The notes under the pieces are model-generated. The model ran no database searches. It saw only the letters and a program-made list of their open reading frames with translations, and was not told the origin of the DNA. Position numbers and translations under genes: made by a program. This document shows, piece after piece, positions 9,730 through 20,066 of a DNA stretch of 64,000 bases (the first letter of the stretch is position 1; every line of letters starts with the position of its first letter). Origin of the DNA: Salinispira sp. (GTDB lineage: Bacteria; Spirochaetota; Spirochaetia; DSM-27196; Salinispiraceae); assembly GCA_965602015.1 (NCBI GenBank), contig OZ271918.1:2496001-2560000 (forward strand), written 5' to 3'.

Positions 9730-11247
9730 ATGAGCAGTCAATTTCTGCACATTTCCCATCTACATTTTAGCTATCCCGACAGCAGCGACCCGGTGTTCAC
9801 CGACCTTTCTCTTGCATTCGCTACCGGGTGGACCGCAGTGGCCGGCGCCAACGGATGCGGCAAATCAACCTTGTTGAAGCTCATCGGAAACGAGCTCATG
9901 CCCGCAGCGGGCAGCATCGCACCCAATATACCGGCGCTGTACTGTCCCCAGGAAGCGCACCAGCCGCCTCCCGGTCTGGAGGACTTCTATGCCGACGTAT
10001 ATGAGGGACAAAGCGATGCCGGCCGGCTGTTCTCCTCGTTGGGCATGGATTACGACTGGCCCTATCGTTGGGATAGTCTGAGCTTCGGCGAGCGAAAACG
10101 GGCTCAAATCGGCGTGGCCCTCTATGCGGCCCCGGGAGTTTTGCTGCTCGACGAACCGGCCAATCACCTCGATGAAAGCGGAAGAACGCTCCTCATACAA
10201 TCCCTGTCCCGGTTCCGGGGAATCGGTCTTCTGGTAAGTCATGACCGGGCGCTGATGGATGAGCTCTGCCCGTCTACCCTGCTTTTTGATGCCGACCCGC
10301 CCAGGATATATAACTGCCCATGGTCGACCGCCAGAGCTGAACTGGATGGAGAGAACCGCCGGCTGCGGAGGGTATATGAGCAGGAAAAAAAAGAGGAACG
10401 GCGCTTAAAACAGGAGCTTCAGAGACGGAGAGAGGAGAATGACCGGCATCAAAAAGACTTTTCAAAACGCGGGCTCGGGAAAAAAGATTTTGACGCCAAG
10501 GCTGCGGTGGATCAGGCCAGGCTCAGCGGGCGGAACGCCATCGGCGAGGGCAAGATAAGGCATATGGATCAACGCCTCAAGCGCCATCAAAATAGCATAG
10601 CGCCGCCGCCGGCCGTGGAGAAAACCGGAGTGAAATTCAGCGCTCAGGCATTTAAATCGGATTCCTTTTTTAGCCTGGGGCCCGGAAGCATTCCCCTGGG
10701 AAGCGACGGACGGCGGCTTGTCTTTCCCGAGCTGTCCATGAAGGCGGGAGAGAAAATTGCCCTGTCCGGTGAAAACGGCTCGGGAAAGACGAGTCTGCTG
10801 AAGCATATTGTGCGCAGCTTACCGGCTTCAGTCGGCGAAATTCTCTATCTGCCCCAGGAGTTGAGCGAAAACAGCATCGATGCGCTGGTAAGGGAAATTC
10901 ATAAGCTTGATAACGACCGCCGGGGCGAGCTGCTCTCCCATTTTTCCCGATTGAACGGAGACCCCCGTTCCATGCTCACCATCCACCGGCCAAGCCCCGG
11001 TGAAAGCCGAAAACTCGCTTTGGCCCGGGGACTGTTGGACAAAACGCCGATGATGATCCTCGACGAACCGGGGAATCACCTCGATCTGCCGTCAATCACC
11101 GCCATTGAGTCGGCCATAGCACAGTATGACGGCGCTGTTCTTGTGGTCAGCCATGACCGGCGGTTTCGGGAAAATCTCTGCAATGATGAATGGCGCATTA
11201 CCCGCTCAGACAGCGGCTCATCCCTGGCCATTTTTTCTGCAGTTTGA
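9730..11247 (+). CDS. ABC-F family ATP-binding protein (ribosome-associated)
   Basis: Two ABC domains (GANGCGKST/LSFGE/LLLDEPANHLD and GENGSGKTS/ILDEPGNHLD), a charged linker and no TM segments. AGGAGG precedes ATG 9730. Confidence 0.88.
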   Translation: MSSQFLHISHLHFSYPDSSDPVFTDLSLAFATGWTAVAGANGCGKSTLLKLIGNELMPAAGSIAPNIPALYCPQEAHQPPPGLEDFYADVYEGQSDAGRLFSSLGMDYDWPYRWDSLSFGERKRAQIGVALYAAPGVLLLDEPANHLDESGRTLLIQSLSRFRGIGLLVSHDRALMDELCPSTLLFDADPPRIYNCPWSTARAELDGENRRLRRVYEQEKKEERRLKQELQRRREENDRHQKDFSKRGLGKKDFDAKAAVDQARLSGRNAIGEGKIRHMDQRLKRHQNSIAPPPAVEKTGVKFSAQAFKSDSFFSLGPGSIPLGSDGRRLVFPELSMKAGEKIALSGENGSGKTSLLKHIVRSLPASVGEILYLPQELSENSIDALVREIHKLDNDRRGELLSHFSRLNGDPRSMLTIHRPSPGESRKLALARGLLDKTPMMILDEPGNHLDLPSITAIESAIAQYDGAVLVVSHDRRFRENLCNDEWRITRSDSGSSLAIFSAV

Positions 11248-12351
11248 ATTTCACTCCGTGTGAGGGGTATATTAGAGGATATCAAAAACGGAGAGTCTTT
11301 GTGAGTAAGCGCCTATCTAAAAAAAGAATAAGACGGTTCGTCAGCCGGCGGGTTACCGTCGGGCTGTTAGCAGTTTTGCTGATTGCCCTCATCGGCTGCA
11401 GTCAGCCTCAAATTGATCCGGGTGATCTGCTGATCAGCCTGGAATCCCGCCATGAGCTCAGTCTTGAGGTTAATGCGGCTAGCGGAGCATTGACCGCAGT
11501 TCATATCATAGAAGTCAATGCGGATACCCAGAACGGCAGTTCTTACCGTTGGCTCATAAACGGCAGAGACCCCTCGTCCATTGGCTATGAGGTGCTGGAA
11601 GGCAGCGAAAATCGGCTTCGGGTGCGGATTCCCGAGAGCGCGAAGGGCGATATCGAAATCAGCCATGTCCTATCTGCGGGCAATGCGGAAAACAGCGAAA
11701 GTCTGACCCTCAACGCATCCCCGGCGGATTACGATCCCCTCACGGAGCCAAGCGACGCCATACTGCTGCCGGGCTCAACGACACCCCGCGATGTATACCT
11801 GATTTTTCACAACAACAGACCCCAGCCGGTTTCCAGCGATATCAGGGTCGGCCCAAGAGCCTCCTCTTCGCCGGCCCCCGTCAGCAGAAGACAAAGTCCG
11901 GCAGCCCGGGAACGGGGATTCGCCGTAGGCCCCGCCTGGCCGGGGTTGCGGAACCTGGGAGCCCCGGAGCATATATGGCGGTTTAACCGGGATGTCCGGG
12001 AGAACATGCCGGCTTATAGCCGAAGCCGCAGCCGCAGCATTACCGGCCCCCAAAGCAACCCTCTGCCCCAGATCGGCGATGTAGATACCTTCCGGGTTGA
12101 CGGGACTGTCAGCGGGAAGGACAGCATCGACGCGACCCTTCGCTGGCAGCACACAAAATCCGTCACCATAGACGGGGCGACAAAAGATAAAACCGTAAAT
12201 ATCTGGGTAGGCGCAGAGTGGGAGAACTTCGCCACAAACAATGCCAATGATGCGGTCATAGGAGGCGATTTTGCCTTTGACGCAGTGCCCAATGCCTACA
12301 TTCAGGATCACCCTGAACCGCCCCGGGAATCCCGGAGAGTGTTTTGTATGA

Positions 12352-13191
12352 CTACAGCCCGCTGGCTGCGTCTTGCAGTTGATCATAATATGCCTTCTCA
12401 AACTCTGCCGGAGGCATATATCCCAGGATTTCATAAATCCGTTTATTGTTGTACCAGCTTACCCATTCCAGCGTAGCAGCCTCAATAGCATCCAGGTTTT
12501 TCCACGGTCCTTTACGGTAGATCATTTCGGATTTGTACAGTCCGTTTATGGTTTCAGCCAGCGCGTTGTCATATGAGCTGCCTACACTCCCAACAGATGG
12601 GGCAATGCCTTCTTCTGCTAAGCGGTCAGAATACCGGATTGACAGATACTGGCTCCCACGATCACTGTGGTGGATCAGCCCATTTTCAGGTTGCCTTGCC
12701 CACAGGGCTTGTTCCAGAGCATCCAGCGTCAGCTCTGCGCTCATGGACCTCGAGGCACGCCATCCGACGATCATTCGTGAAAATACATCGATGATAAATG
12801 CCACATATACAAAACCCACCCAAGACGCGCAATAAGTGAAATCCGCCACCCACAGCTGATTCGGACGGTCGGCACTGAATTCCCTGTGCACCAAATCGAG
12901 CGGACGTTCATTTTTCGGGTCCGGTACTGTGGTTCGCACCTTGCGGCCTCGTATGACGCCTTTAAGCCCCATGACAGCCATGAGACGGGCCACGGTACAT
13001 CGTGCGATCTGGAATCCTTCTCGCTTCAGCTGGTGCCAGACCTTGCGAACGCCGTAAACCTCATAATTCTCATCCCAAACCCTCTGGATCTCTGGCTTCA
13101 GGATTTCATCGCGCTTTACCCTTGCGGGAGCTGTTTCAGGGTGTTTTACTCGCTTTTTCTGTTCGTAGTACACCGAAGGAGCGATTGGCAC
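12352..13191 (-). CDS. IS3 transposase OrfB (rve/DDE integrase core)
   Basis: YGVRKV, NQLWVADFTY, HHSDRGSQY, YDNALAETING. The frame stays open upstream into the orfA overlap. Confidence 0.95.
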   Translation of the reverse strand: MPIAPSVYYEQKKRVKHPETAPARVKRDEILKPEIQRVWDENYEVYGVRKVWHQLKREGFQIARCTVARLMAVMGLKGVIRGRKVRTTVPDPKNERPLDLVHREFSADRPNQLWVADFTYCASWVGFVYVAFIIDVFSRMIVGWRASRSMSAELTLDALEQALWARQPENGLIHHSDRGSQYLSIRYSDRLAEEGIAPSVGSVGSSYDNALAETINGLYKSEMIYRKGPWKNLDAIEAATLEWVSWYNNKRIYEILGYMPPAEFEKAYYDQLQDAASGL

Positions 13192-13247
13192 CTGAGTACA
13201 AATCGGCTCGACCCCATAGTCATCGCGGTGTTCATCAATGAAGCAGA

Positions 13248-13574
13248 CTATTTCTTGTGTTGGCGGTCGAGCTCCGCCTTCGCGAAATATGCGGAAGCCA
13301 GACGTAGAATCTCATTGGCTTTCTTGAGCTCCCGGTTCTCCCGCTCGAGCTCCTTGATTCGCTTCTTCTCGTCGGTTGTAAGTCCCTCCCGACTACCATT
13401 ATCTTTCTCGGCTTGGCGAACCCACCGCCGTAACGTCTCTGCAGTACAGCCTATCTTTTCAGCTATCGACTCAATTGCGGCCCACTGAGAATCATATTCA
13501 CCTTTGGCGGCGAATACCATGCGGATTGCCCGCTCCTTAACTTCCTCAGAAAACCTGCTGTTTTTCTTTACCAT
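13248..13574 (-). CDS. IS3 transposase OrfA (HTH + leucine zipper)
   Basis: RFSEEVKERAIRMV...SQWAAIESIAEKIGCTAETLRRWV...ELERENRELKKANEILRLASAYFA. Confidence 0.95.
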   Translation of the reverse strand: MVKKNSRFSEEVKERAIRMVFAAKGEYDSQWAAIESIAEKIGCTAETLRRWVRQAEKDNGSREGLTTDEKKRIKELERENRELKKANEILRLASAYFAKAELDRQHKK

Positions 13575-14701
13575 GACTCCATCCTCTCACAAGATTTTGT
13601 CTCCGGTAAAGCCGGGGCGGTTCACCCCGACAGCCTCATCGATGTACTGGGAGACGCGTTTTTCTCCGACGACGGCAGCCAGGATATTTACCAGTTGGTG
13701 ACCAATCTTATCGGCGAAGAGTGGGGCCCCACGGGCTTCACCAATCTGATAGCCGAGAGGGATGCGGTAGACATTCTCTTATACGACATCGATGCGGACT
13801 GGAGTGTGGCCGCGGGAAAAACCGTCGGGTACTTTTGGGCAAAGGACAACTTCACCGCATCGGACGTTTCCAACAGCAACGAAAGAATTATGTTCTACAT
13901 GGACGCGCCATTTCTTCACTACACCGAGGCATTCTGGGCGGACGCCAAGGGAGTCCTGATTTCCACCCTAGCTCATGAGCTGCAGCATATGATCAGTTTT
14001 TATCAGCGCTGGGTTCGCGGAGGCCAGCTCGACGGAACCTGGATGGAGGAAATGATGTCCCTGATGGTGGAAGACCTGGTTGCCGACGCCATTGCCGTCG
14101 AGCCGCCGGTATATCGCCTGGATACCTTCAACGCCTATCCCGAGGAAAGCCTGACCAATTGGCCCGGACGGGGTTCGGACTCCCTGGACTTCGGCAAAGC
14201 TTATGCAACCAGCTATGCCTACGGGGCCTACCTGCTGCGCAACTACGGCGGAGCGGACTTTCTGGCTGCCCTCTATGCTGCCGACGCGGCGGACAGCGAA
14301 GCGGTAAGCGCTGCCATAGCGGCCCAAAGCGGCGGGAGCGGCCCTGATTTTGCCGGGTCCCTGGTCGACTGGGCAATTGCGGCCCTCGCCAGCAGCCGGG
14401 GAGCGCTGAGCGCAAGCCCCTTCAGTTACGGCGCGTATTCCGGGAGCCTCGGAACGGTAAGCTATAATCTCTCTGCCATAGATCTGGGTGCAATCCCCCA
14501 GTTTTTCGGAGAGGGCAGTCTGGGCCCCGGGGGAGTATTCGTCTTTAGCGACTCCGACAGAATCCCCGTGGATCTGGGGGAGAACATCCCGCCGAACAGC
14601 AATGTATTCTTCAGGGCCGCATCCGGGGCCGACGGAACGGTGACGGTTCCCGTTATTTTTCCGCCGGGACTCTCGGTGACAGTCGTAGTACAATAGGACG
14701 C

Positions 14702-15115
14702 ATGATGAGACGAAGTATTGCAGGAATAGTAGCGCTGGTGTTTTTGGGATCGGTGCTGGCCGCCTCGGGCCAGGAGGAACTTCCCGGCCGGCTGCACGGA
14801 AGCCGGCCGCTGCCCGCAGAGCCCGTCGAACTCACCGGGGTCGTCCGCATGATCGGATCTTCGCTGGAGTCCAGTCCGGCCCTTATTCTCGATGAGCAGA
14901 GCATACAGAACCTTGACGGCAGGTACAGCGCTCTGGGCATCATCGGTTCCGGTGCCGCCGCCCTGGTGGAAAACTTCCAGGGTCAGGAAGTGACGGTGAT
15001 GGTAATGGTACTGGACAGGGAACGCTATGACCGGCAGTACCGTGAGACCTACCCCCTCTCCTACCGGCTATTTCAGGGATTCGCCCTGATAGAAGAACCG
15101 GGAAGTGCTCCCTAA
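14702..15115 (+). CDS. Small exported hypothetical protein
   Basis: Signal peptide ending LAASGQEE. Lies in tight operon spacing between the two protease genes. Confidence 0.6.
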   Translation: MMRRSIAGIVALVFLGSVLAASGQEELPGRLHGSRPLPAEPVELTGVVRMIGSSLESSPALILDEQSIQNLDGRYSALGIIGSGAAALVENFQGQEVTVMVMVLDRERYDRQYRETYPLSYRLFQGFALIEEPGSAP

Positions 15116-16469
15116 GATTCGTCTCCTCGCCGGACTGACCCTGCTGGTGATGGCGCTGAGCGGGGGCTGCGCCCTGGTATACCCGGGCAATTATCGCAAT
15201 TTCACCGTACCCGATCTGTCAAACGGCATGCCTCACGAAGTAAGGACCCAGCTGGTTTTCACCGGCGAGCATGTTGAATTGTACCTGGAAAGGGGAAAGC
15301 AGATTGTCAGGAGCAAACTGGACTCCATAGGCGGAGAACTCGACGCCGAACTCGTCCCCCGAATATCCGAACGCTTCGCCGAACCCTCGGATATCGACGG
15401 CAACCGGAGGGTAATTGTTGTACTGATGGACATTCGGGACGGTTTTGACCCCGACGAAAGCCAGTACGTCGCCGGTTTTTTTCTCAGAAAGGACATCGAC
15501 GGCGGCCTGTTGAGCAACCGGGGCGAGATCCTCTACCTGGATATCAGCCCGGGGCTGGAATACTCCGGGGGCAGGCAGACACTTATGTACACCGCCGCCC
15601 ACGAGTTATTTCACCTCATCGATTACTCCCTCGGTTTTCGCAGGGACACCTGGCTTTCCGAGGGACTGGCCCTGGCTGCCGAACAGGCATATACGGCTTC
15701 AGTTGTAGAATACCGGGCTGAGCTGTTCGCCGCCGGAGGCGCTCTAGACGGCGGACCTCCGGCCATTGCCCGGGGCAATCATTTTTATCACTGGGATTCC
15801 CCTGCCGGCGCCGGAGATTACGCGTCGGCCTACGCATTTTTTCACTGGCTTTTGTCATCGGCTGCGCCCCATGGGGCATCCACTCATGCGGTGTTCGCAT
15901 CAGGCGCCGGTAACGGCGAAGAGCTCATGGCAGCGTTGGCGGAGTTTCCCGAGTTCGATTATGCCGGGGAAATGCCCGATCTGTTGTTGGCCTGGCACCG
16001 GCAAAGCGCCGCCAACGCCGCGGGCTGGACCGGGTGGAACACCGGCGGGGCCTACGGCAACGATCCCGATCTGGCAGCAGCCCTGGCCGATGCCCGAATC
16101 TTCGCCCCGGCCCAATGGTACTCCGGGAGGACAGATGCGCGGCTGTATCCCGGAGACGCCATATACATCACCGGCCATGAGCAAAGCGGATGGTCGCCGG
16201 GGGCAGCGGGTCCGAATATTTCATTTTGGGGTCTTACCGGCAACGCAGCGGATACCGCCGTCCAGGCGGTGGATGCTGACCACCACATGCTGATAGTCTT
16301 TAACCGGAACCCGGATCCATACGGTCCGCCGGAGCCCGTCGGGCTGCTGCCCGCAGCTTCCGGGCAGCCCGCCACCGCTGACCTGAGCGAGGCTCGGCGG
16401 GAAAACCACAGCCGGAAACCCTCTTCAGCGCCCCGGTACCGGGCGGTACCGGCGCCGCCGGGGTATTAG
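15105..16469 (+). CDS. Zinc metalloprotease lipoprotein (M30/M6-like)
   Basis: Lipobox LSGGC, SDIDGNRRV, AGFF...SNRGEILYLD, HELFH...WLSEGLA. Confidence 0.78.
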   Translation: MLPKIRLLAGLTLLVMALSGGCALVYPGNYRNFTVPDLSNGMPHEVRTQLVFTGEHVELYLERGKQIVRSKLDSIGGELDAELVPRISERFAEPSDIDGNRRVIVVLMDIRDGFDPDESQYVAGFFLRKDIDGGLLSNRGEILYLDISPGLEYSGGRQTLMYTAAHELFHLIDYSLGFRRDTWLSEGLALAAEQAYTASVVEYRAELFAAGGALDGGPPAIARGNHFYHWDSPAGAGDYASAYAFFHWLLSSAAPHGASTHAVFASGAGNGEELMAALAEFPEFDYAGEMPDLLLAWHRQSAANAAGWTGWNTGGAYGNDPDLAAALADARIFAPAQWYSGRTDARLYPGDAIYITGHEQSGWSPGAAGPNISFWGLTGNAADTAVQAVDADHHMLIVFNRNPDPYGPPEPVGLLPAASGQPATADLSEARRENHSRKPSSAPRYRAVPAPPGY

Positions 16470-19156
16470 CGCTTTAGGTCCTCGATGTATCCCCGCATTT
16501 TGCGGATTTTCCGGCTCATCTCTTCCCGCTTCTGGCGTTCCTTCTCAACTACTTCGGCGTCCGCCTTGCTGAGAAACTTTTCATTGCTGAGTTTGCGTTC
16601 GGTCTGCTCCAGGGCCTTGGACTCTTTCGCGATGTTTTTTTCCAACCGCTTGAGGGCCGCATCCACATCGATCATGTCGCGGATGTATACATATGCCTCA
16701 AATCCGCTTCCCACCACCGCCAGGGCGTCTGCACGCTCGAGGTTTTCCGGATTCCATTCAACGTTTTCCGCGGAGGTCAGGTCCCTTACCAGGGCGTCTT
16801 CGCCGGCGAAATACCTGCCGTGGGCAAATCCCTCTTCAAAAACCACGGCGAAACGGATTTTTGCCGTCGGGGGAATGGTGAACTCCGATCGGAGGGTGCG
16901 CACCGCCCGGATGAGCTCCTGAAGGCTCTCGAACGCCGCGGCTTCCTCCGGAAAGTTCCGCCAGGCCTCCTGCGCGGGGTATGCCTTGCCGAGTATGGGA
17001 TTGTCTTCTCTGGTTCCCGCCCCGGCCGGGGCCGGAAGTTTCTGGAAAATCTCCTCGGTGACATAGGGCAGGAAGGGATGCAGCAGGGCAAGGCCCTCTT
17101 CCAGAACAAACATCAGCAGGCTGATTGCCCGGTCTTTTTCCGCCTCGTCGTTCGAGTAGAGGCTTAACTTCGAGGCTTCGATGTACCAGTCGCAGAACTC
17201 GTTCCAGAAGAACTCGTACACTGCGCCAGTGGCGTCGCTGAATCGGTAGTTCGAGAGCCCATCGGAGGCTCTGGCCGCCGCGGCATTGAGCCGATGGAGT
17301 ATCCATTTATCGAGCACCGTCAGACCGCCGTGTTTTCCGTCGACGATTTCCCGGGCATTGTGCAGGGTCCTGCCGTCCAGATTCATCAGCAGGTAGCGGC
17401 TGGCATTCCAGATTTTATTGGCGAACCGGCTGCCGAGGGAAAAGGTCTCCTTGTCGAGCAGAATGTCCTGCCCCTGGGTTGCCAGGAAGGCAAGGGTAAA
17501 GCGCAGGGCGTCGGCACCAAACTCATCGACAATTTCCAACGGATCAATCCCGTTGCCAAGACTCTTGGACATCTTGCGGCCCTTTTTGTCCCGTACAAGT
17601 CCGGTCATGTAAATATCCCTGAACGGCACTTCACCCAGGAATTCCAGGCTTGCCATAATCATGCGGGCAACCCAGAAAAAGATGATGTCGTATCCCGTAA
17701 CCAGGCTGGTAGTGGGAAAGAACTCCGCCATGTCCCGGCTTTTTTCCGGCCAGCCGAGAATGGAAAACGGCCACAGCCAGCTGGAGAACCAGGTATCCAA
17801 CACGTCTTCATCCTGCCGGAAGCTCCGTCCGGCGTACTCTTCGCTTTCCGAGGGGTCGGTTCGGGAAATCACCATTTCGCCGGTTTCCGTGTCGTACCAG
17901 GCGGGAATCCGGTGGCCCCACCAGAGCTGACGGGAAATACACCAGTCCCTGATATTGGTGAGCCACGACTTGTAGGTATTCTCCCATTTTTTGGGGAAGA
18001 AGGTTATTTCGCCGTTTTCCCAGGCGGCAAGGGCCTTTTTGGCCAGGGGCTCCATGCGGACGAACCACTGGGTGCTCAAGTAGGGCTCAATTACCGTATC
18101 GGTTCGGTAGCAATGGCCCACCTGGTGCCGATGGGGCTCTTTTTCGACCAGCAGCTCCTGTGCTTCCAGATCGGCTACCACCGCCTTTCGGGCCTGGGCC
18201 ATGGTCATTCCCCGGTATTTCTCCGGAGCGTTGTCGTTCAGCATCCCGTCGGGATTCATGATATTGATTTCCGGGAGCTTGTGGCGCTTACCGACTTCAT
18301 AATCGTTAAAGTCGTGAGCCGGGGTAATTTTTACTACGCCTGTTCCGAATTCCGGGTCTACATAGCTGTCGGCGATAACCGGAATTTCCCGGCCCGTCAG
18401 CGGCAGAACCACGCTCTTTCCGATTACATCCCGGTAGCGCTCATCCTCAGGGTGAACCGCCACCGCCGAATCGCCGAGCATGGTTTCGGGCCGTGTTGTG
18501 GCAAGCTGCACATGGCCGCTGCCGTCCGCCAGGGGGTACTTGAGATGATAGAAAAACCCGTTTACTTCCTTGAACTCGACTTCGTCGTCGCTCAGGGCTG
18601 ACTGAACGCCGGTGCTCCAGTTGACCAGGTAGGTGCCCTTGTAGATGAGGCCCCGGTTGTACAGTTCGACGAACACATGCTGTACCGCGTCGCTCAATCC
18701 CTCGTCGAGGGTAAACCGTTCGCGGCTCCAGTCGCAGGAGGATCCGATCTTTTTTAACTGTTCGGTAATAATGGCGTGATGCTCTTCTTTGACCTTCCAG
18801 GTTTCGGCGAGGAAGGCCTCCCGGCCCATTTCGGTCCGCTCTTTTCCCTGGGAGCGCAGCTTCTTCTCTACGACGTTCTGAGTCGCTATGCCCGCATGGT
18901 CGGTACCGGGCACCCACAGTGTCGGTTCGCCGAGCATACGGTGGAATCGAATGAGAATATCCTGAAGGCTGTTGTTGAGACCGTGACCGAGGTGGAGAAC
19001 GCCGGTGACATTCGGAGGAGGGATGACGATGACAAAGGGCTTTTCCCCGTCTTTCGGCTGGCGGGGGGCAAACAGCCCGCTTTTCATCCAGAGATCATAA
19101 ATGCGCCCCTCAAACTCCCGGGGGTTGTACGCTTTCTCAAGTTCGATTGCCTTCAT
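16466..19156 (-). CDS. valS: Valyl-tRNA synthetase
   Basis: PPPNVTGVLHLGH, ATTRPETMLGD, DWCISRQLWWGH, KMSKS, C-terminal coiled coil. Confidence 0.98.
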   Translation of the reverse strand: MKAIELEKAYNPREFEGRIYDLWMKSGLFAPRQPKDGEKPFVIVIPPPNVTGVLHLGHGLNNSLQDILIRFHRMLGEPTLWVPGTDHAGIATQNVVEKKLRSQGKERTEMGREAFLAETWKVKEEHHAIITEQLKKIGSSCDWSRERFTLDEGLSDAVQHVFVELYNRGLIYKGTYLVNWSTGVQSALSDDEVEFKEVNGFFYHLKYPLADGSGHVQLATTRPETMLGDSAVAVHPEDERYRDVIGKSVVLPLTGREIPVIADSYVDPEFGTGVVKITPAHDFNDYEVGKRHKLPEINIMNPDGMLNDNAPEKYRGMTMAQARKAVVADLEAQELLVEKEPHRHQVGHCYRTDTVIEPYLSTQWFVRMEPLAKKALAAWENGEITFFPKKWENTYKSWLTNIRDWCISRQLWWGHRIPAWYDTETGEMVISRTDPSESEEYAGRSFRQDEDVLDTWFSSWLWPFSILGWPEKSRDMAEFFPTTSLVTGYDIIFFWVARMIMASLEFLGEVPFRDIYMTGLVRDKKGRKMSKSLGNGIDPLEIVDEFGADALRFTLAFLATQGQDILLDKETFSLGSRFANKIWNASRYLLMNLDGRTLHNAREIVDGKHGGLTVLDKWILHRLNAAAARASDGLSNYRFSDATGAVYEFFWNEFCDWYIEASKLSLYSNDEAEKDRAISLLMFVLEEGLALLHPFLPYVTEEIFQKLPAPAGAGTREDNPILGKAYPAQEAWRNFPEEAAAFESLQELIRAVRTLRSEFTIPPTAKIRFAVVFEEGFAHGRYFAGEDALVRDLTSAENVEWNPENLERADALAVVGSGFEAYVYIRDMIDVDAALKRLEKNIAKESKALEQTERKLSNEKFLSKADAEVVEKERQKREEMSRKIRKMRGYIEDLKR

Positions 19157-19189
19157 CGTCCACTACTCCTGCGTCCTAAAGTGGATGCC

Positions 19190-19218
19190 ATAATAGCAGA
19201 ACAGGCACAGGCCTTCAA
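19190..19218 (-). promoter_or_regulatory. sigma70-type promoter for valS (TTGAAG-17-TATTAT)
   Basis: Hexamers with a 17-bp spacer and an extended -10 TG. Confidence 0.55.
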
Positions 19219-20042
19219 TCAGGCTTTTTTCGTCCGGGCCGCCGGAAGACCTTGCTGATCAGATTCGCCGCCGGGCGCTTGTCCCTGGCTGCGGCCTCAA
19301 GGCTGCCCTCAAGCCTGCGCTGGGCCTTTATCTGGTCCAGGTGGTCGTTGTCCCCCGCATCGCCGATCTTTCGCTGCATGAGAGCCTGGAGAACGCTCTC
19401 CCTGCCGTACACGATAATCTCATCCCCAGGAAGAACCGCCGTCTCTCCCCGGGGCACCGCCGCATAGTATCCGTCGGCCCGCTGGATGCCGAGCACAAGC
19501 AGCCCTTCTTCATTCAGCCTCAGTTGCCCCAGGGAGCGCTCGGCAAGCCAGGAATCGCCGGCAACCGGGAATTTCACTACCTCGTAGTCCTTTCCCAGAA
19601 ACAGCAGGCTGTCGTAGTCATGGGCGTATACCCTGGTAAAACGTTTGAGAAAGCCCTGTACCAGTTTTGAGAGTATCCAGTCGATAAGCCCGGTCCTGCT
19701 GAGCAGCCACATAAACAGAACGGAACCGCCGAGAATTGCCAGCCTGATGACAATATCCCGCTGATCGGTGAACGAGGTAAAGGTGAGAATGAGGGTGGCC
19801 GCGAAGGAAACAAACCCGATGTTTCCCATAAACATCAGATTCATGATTATCCTCCGACGGACCGGATGCCGCACGATGGACTCGGATTCGCCGGTGGTGA
19901 ATCCCGTACCGGTGTACGCACTCCGCGCCTGGAAGCGGGCCATGTCTTCCGACATACCCGTGTGCTTGAGCATGATTGAGGCGATCTTCACGATGCTGAC
20001 CGAAAACACGAGAATGATTAGAAAGGAGATAACTGCTGCCAT
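19215..20042 (-). CDS. TrkA-C (RCK_C) domain membrane protein, potassium-channel-like
   Basis: ARFQARSAYTGTGFTTGESE pore-like motif, TM helices, C-terminal LVLGIQR...PRGETAVLPGD. Confidence 0.8.
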   Translation of the reverse strand: MAAVISFLIILVFSVSIVKIASIMLKHTGMSEDMARFQARSAYTGTGFTTGESESIVRHPVRRRIIMNLMFMGNIGFVSFAATLILTFTSFTDQRDIVIRLAILGGSVLFMWLLSRTGLIDWILSKLVQGFLKRFTRVYAHDYDSLLFLGKDYEVVKFPVAGDSWLAERSLGQLRLNEEGLLVLGIQRADGYYAAVPRGETAVLPGDEIIVYGRESVLQALMQRKIGDAGDNDHLDQIKAQRRLEGSLEAAARDKRPAANLISKVFRRPGRKKPD

Positions 20043-20066
20043 ATGTATTCCTGCGGAGGACGCTGT

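Larger units (their letters stand above)
12314..13624 (-). mobile_element. IS3 family insertion sequence (IS51/IS629-like group), 1311 bp
   Basis: TG...CA ends with inverted repeats TGAACCGCCCCGG. CCC direct repeat at 12311-12313 and 13625-13627. Carries orfA and orfB. Confidence 0.96.
11301..14696 (+). pseudogene. M30 (hyicolysin)-like zinc metalloprotease lipoprotein, interrupted by IS3
   Basis: Lipobox LIGC. Removing 12314-13627 rejoins YIQDHP-DSLIDVLGDAFF...DIYQLVTNLIGEEWG in frame (about 693 aa). HELQH motif plus WMEEMMS. Confidence 0.85.

Noticed and set aside
11190..12476. 428-aa ORF as an intact gene
   Set aside because: It is the 5' half of the IS-interrupted protease reading into IS sequence. 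The likely start is GTG 11301.
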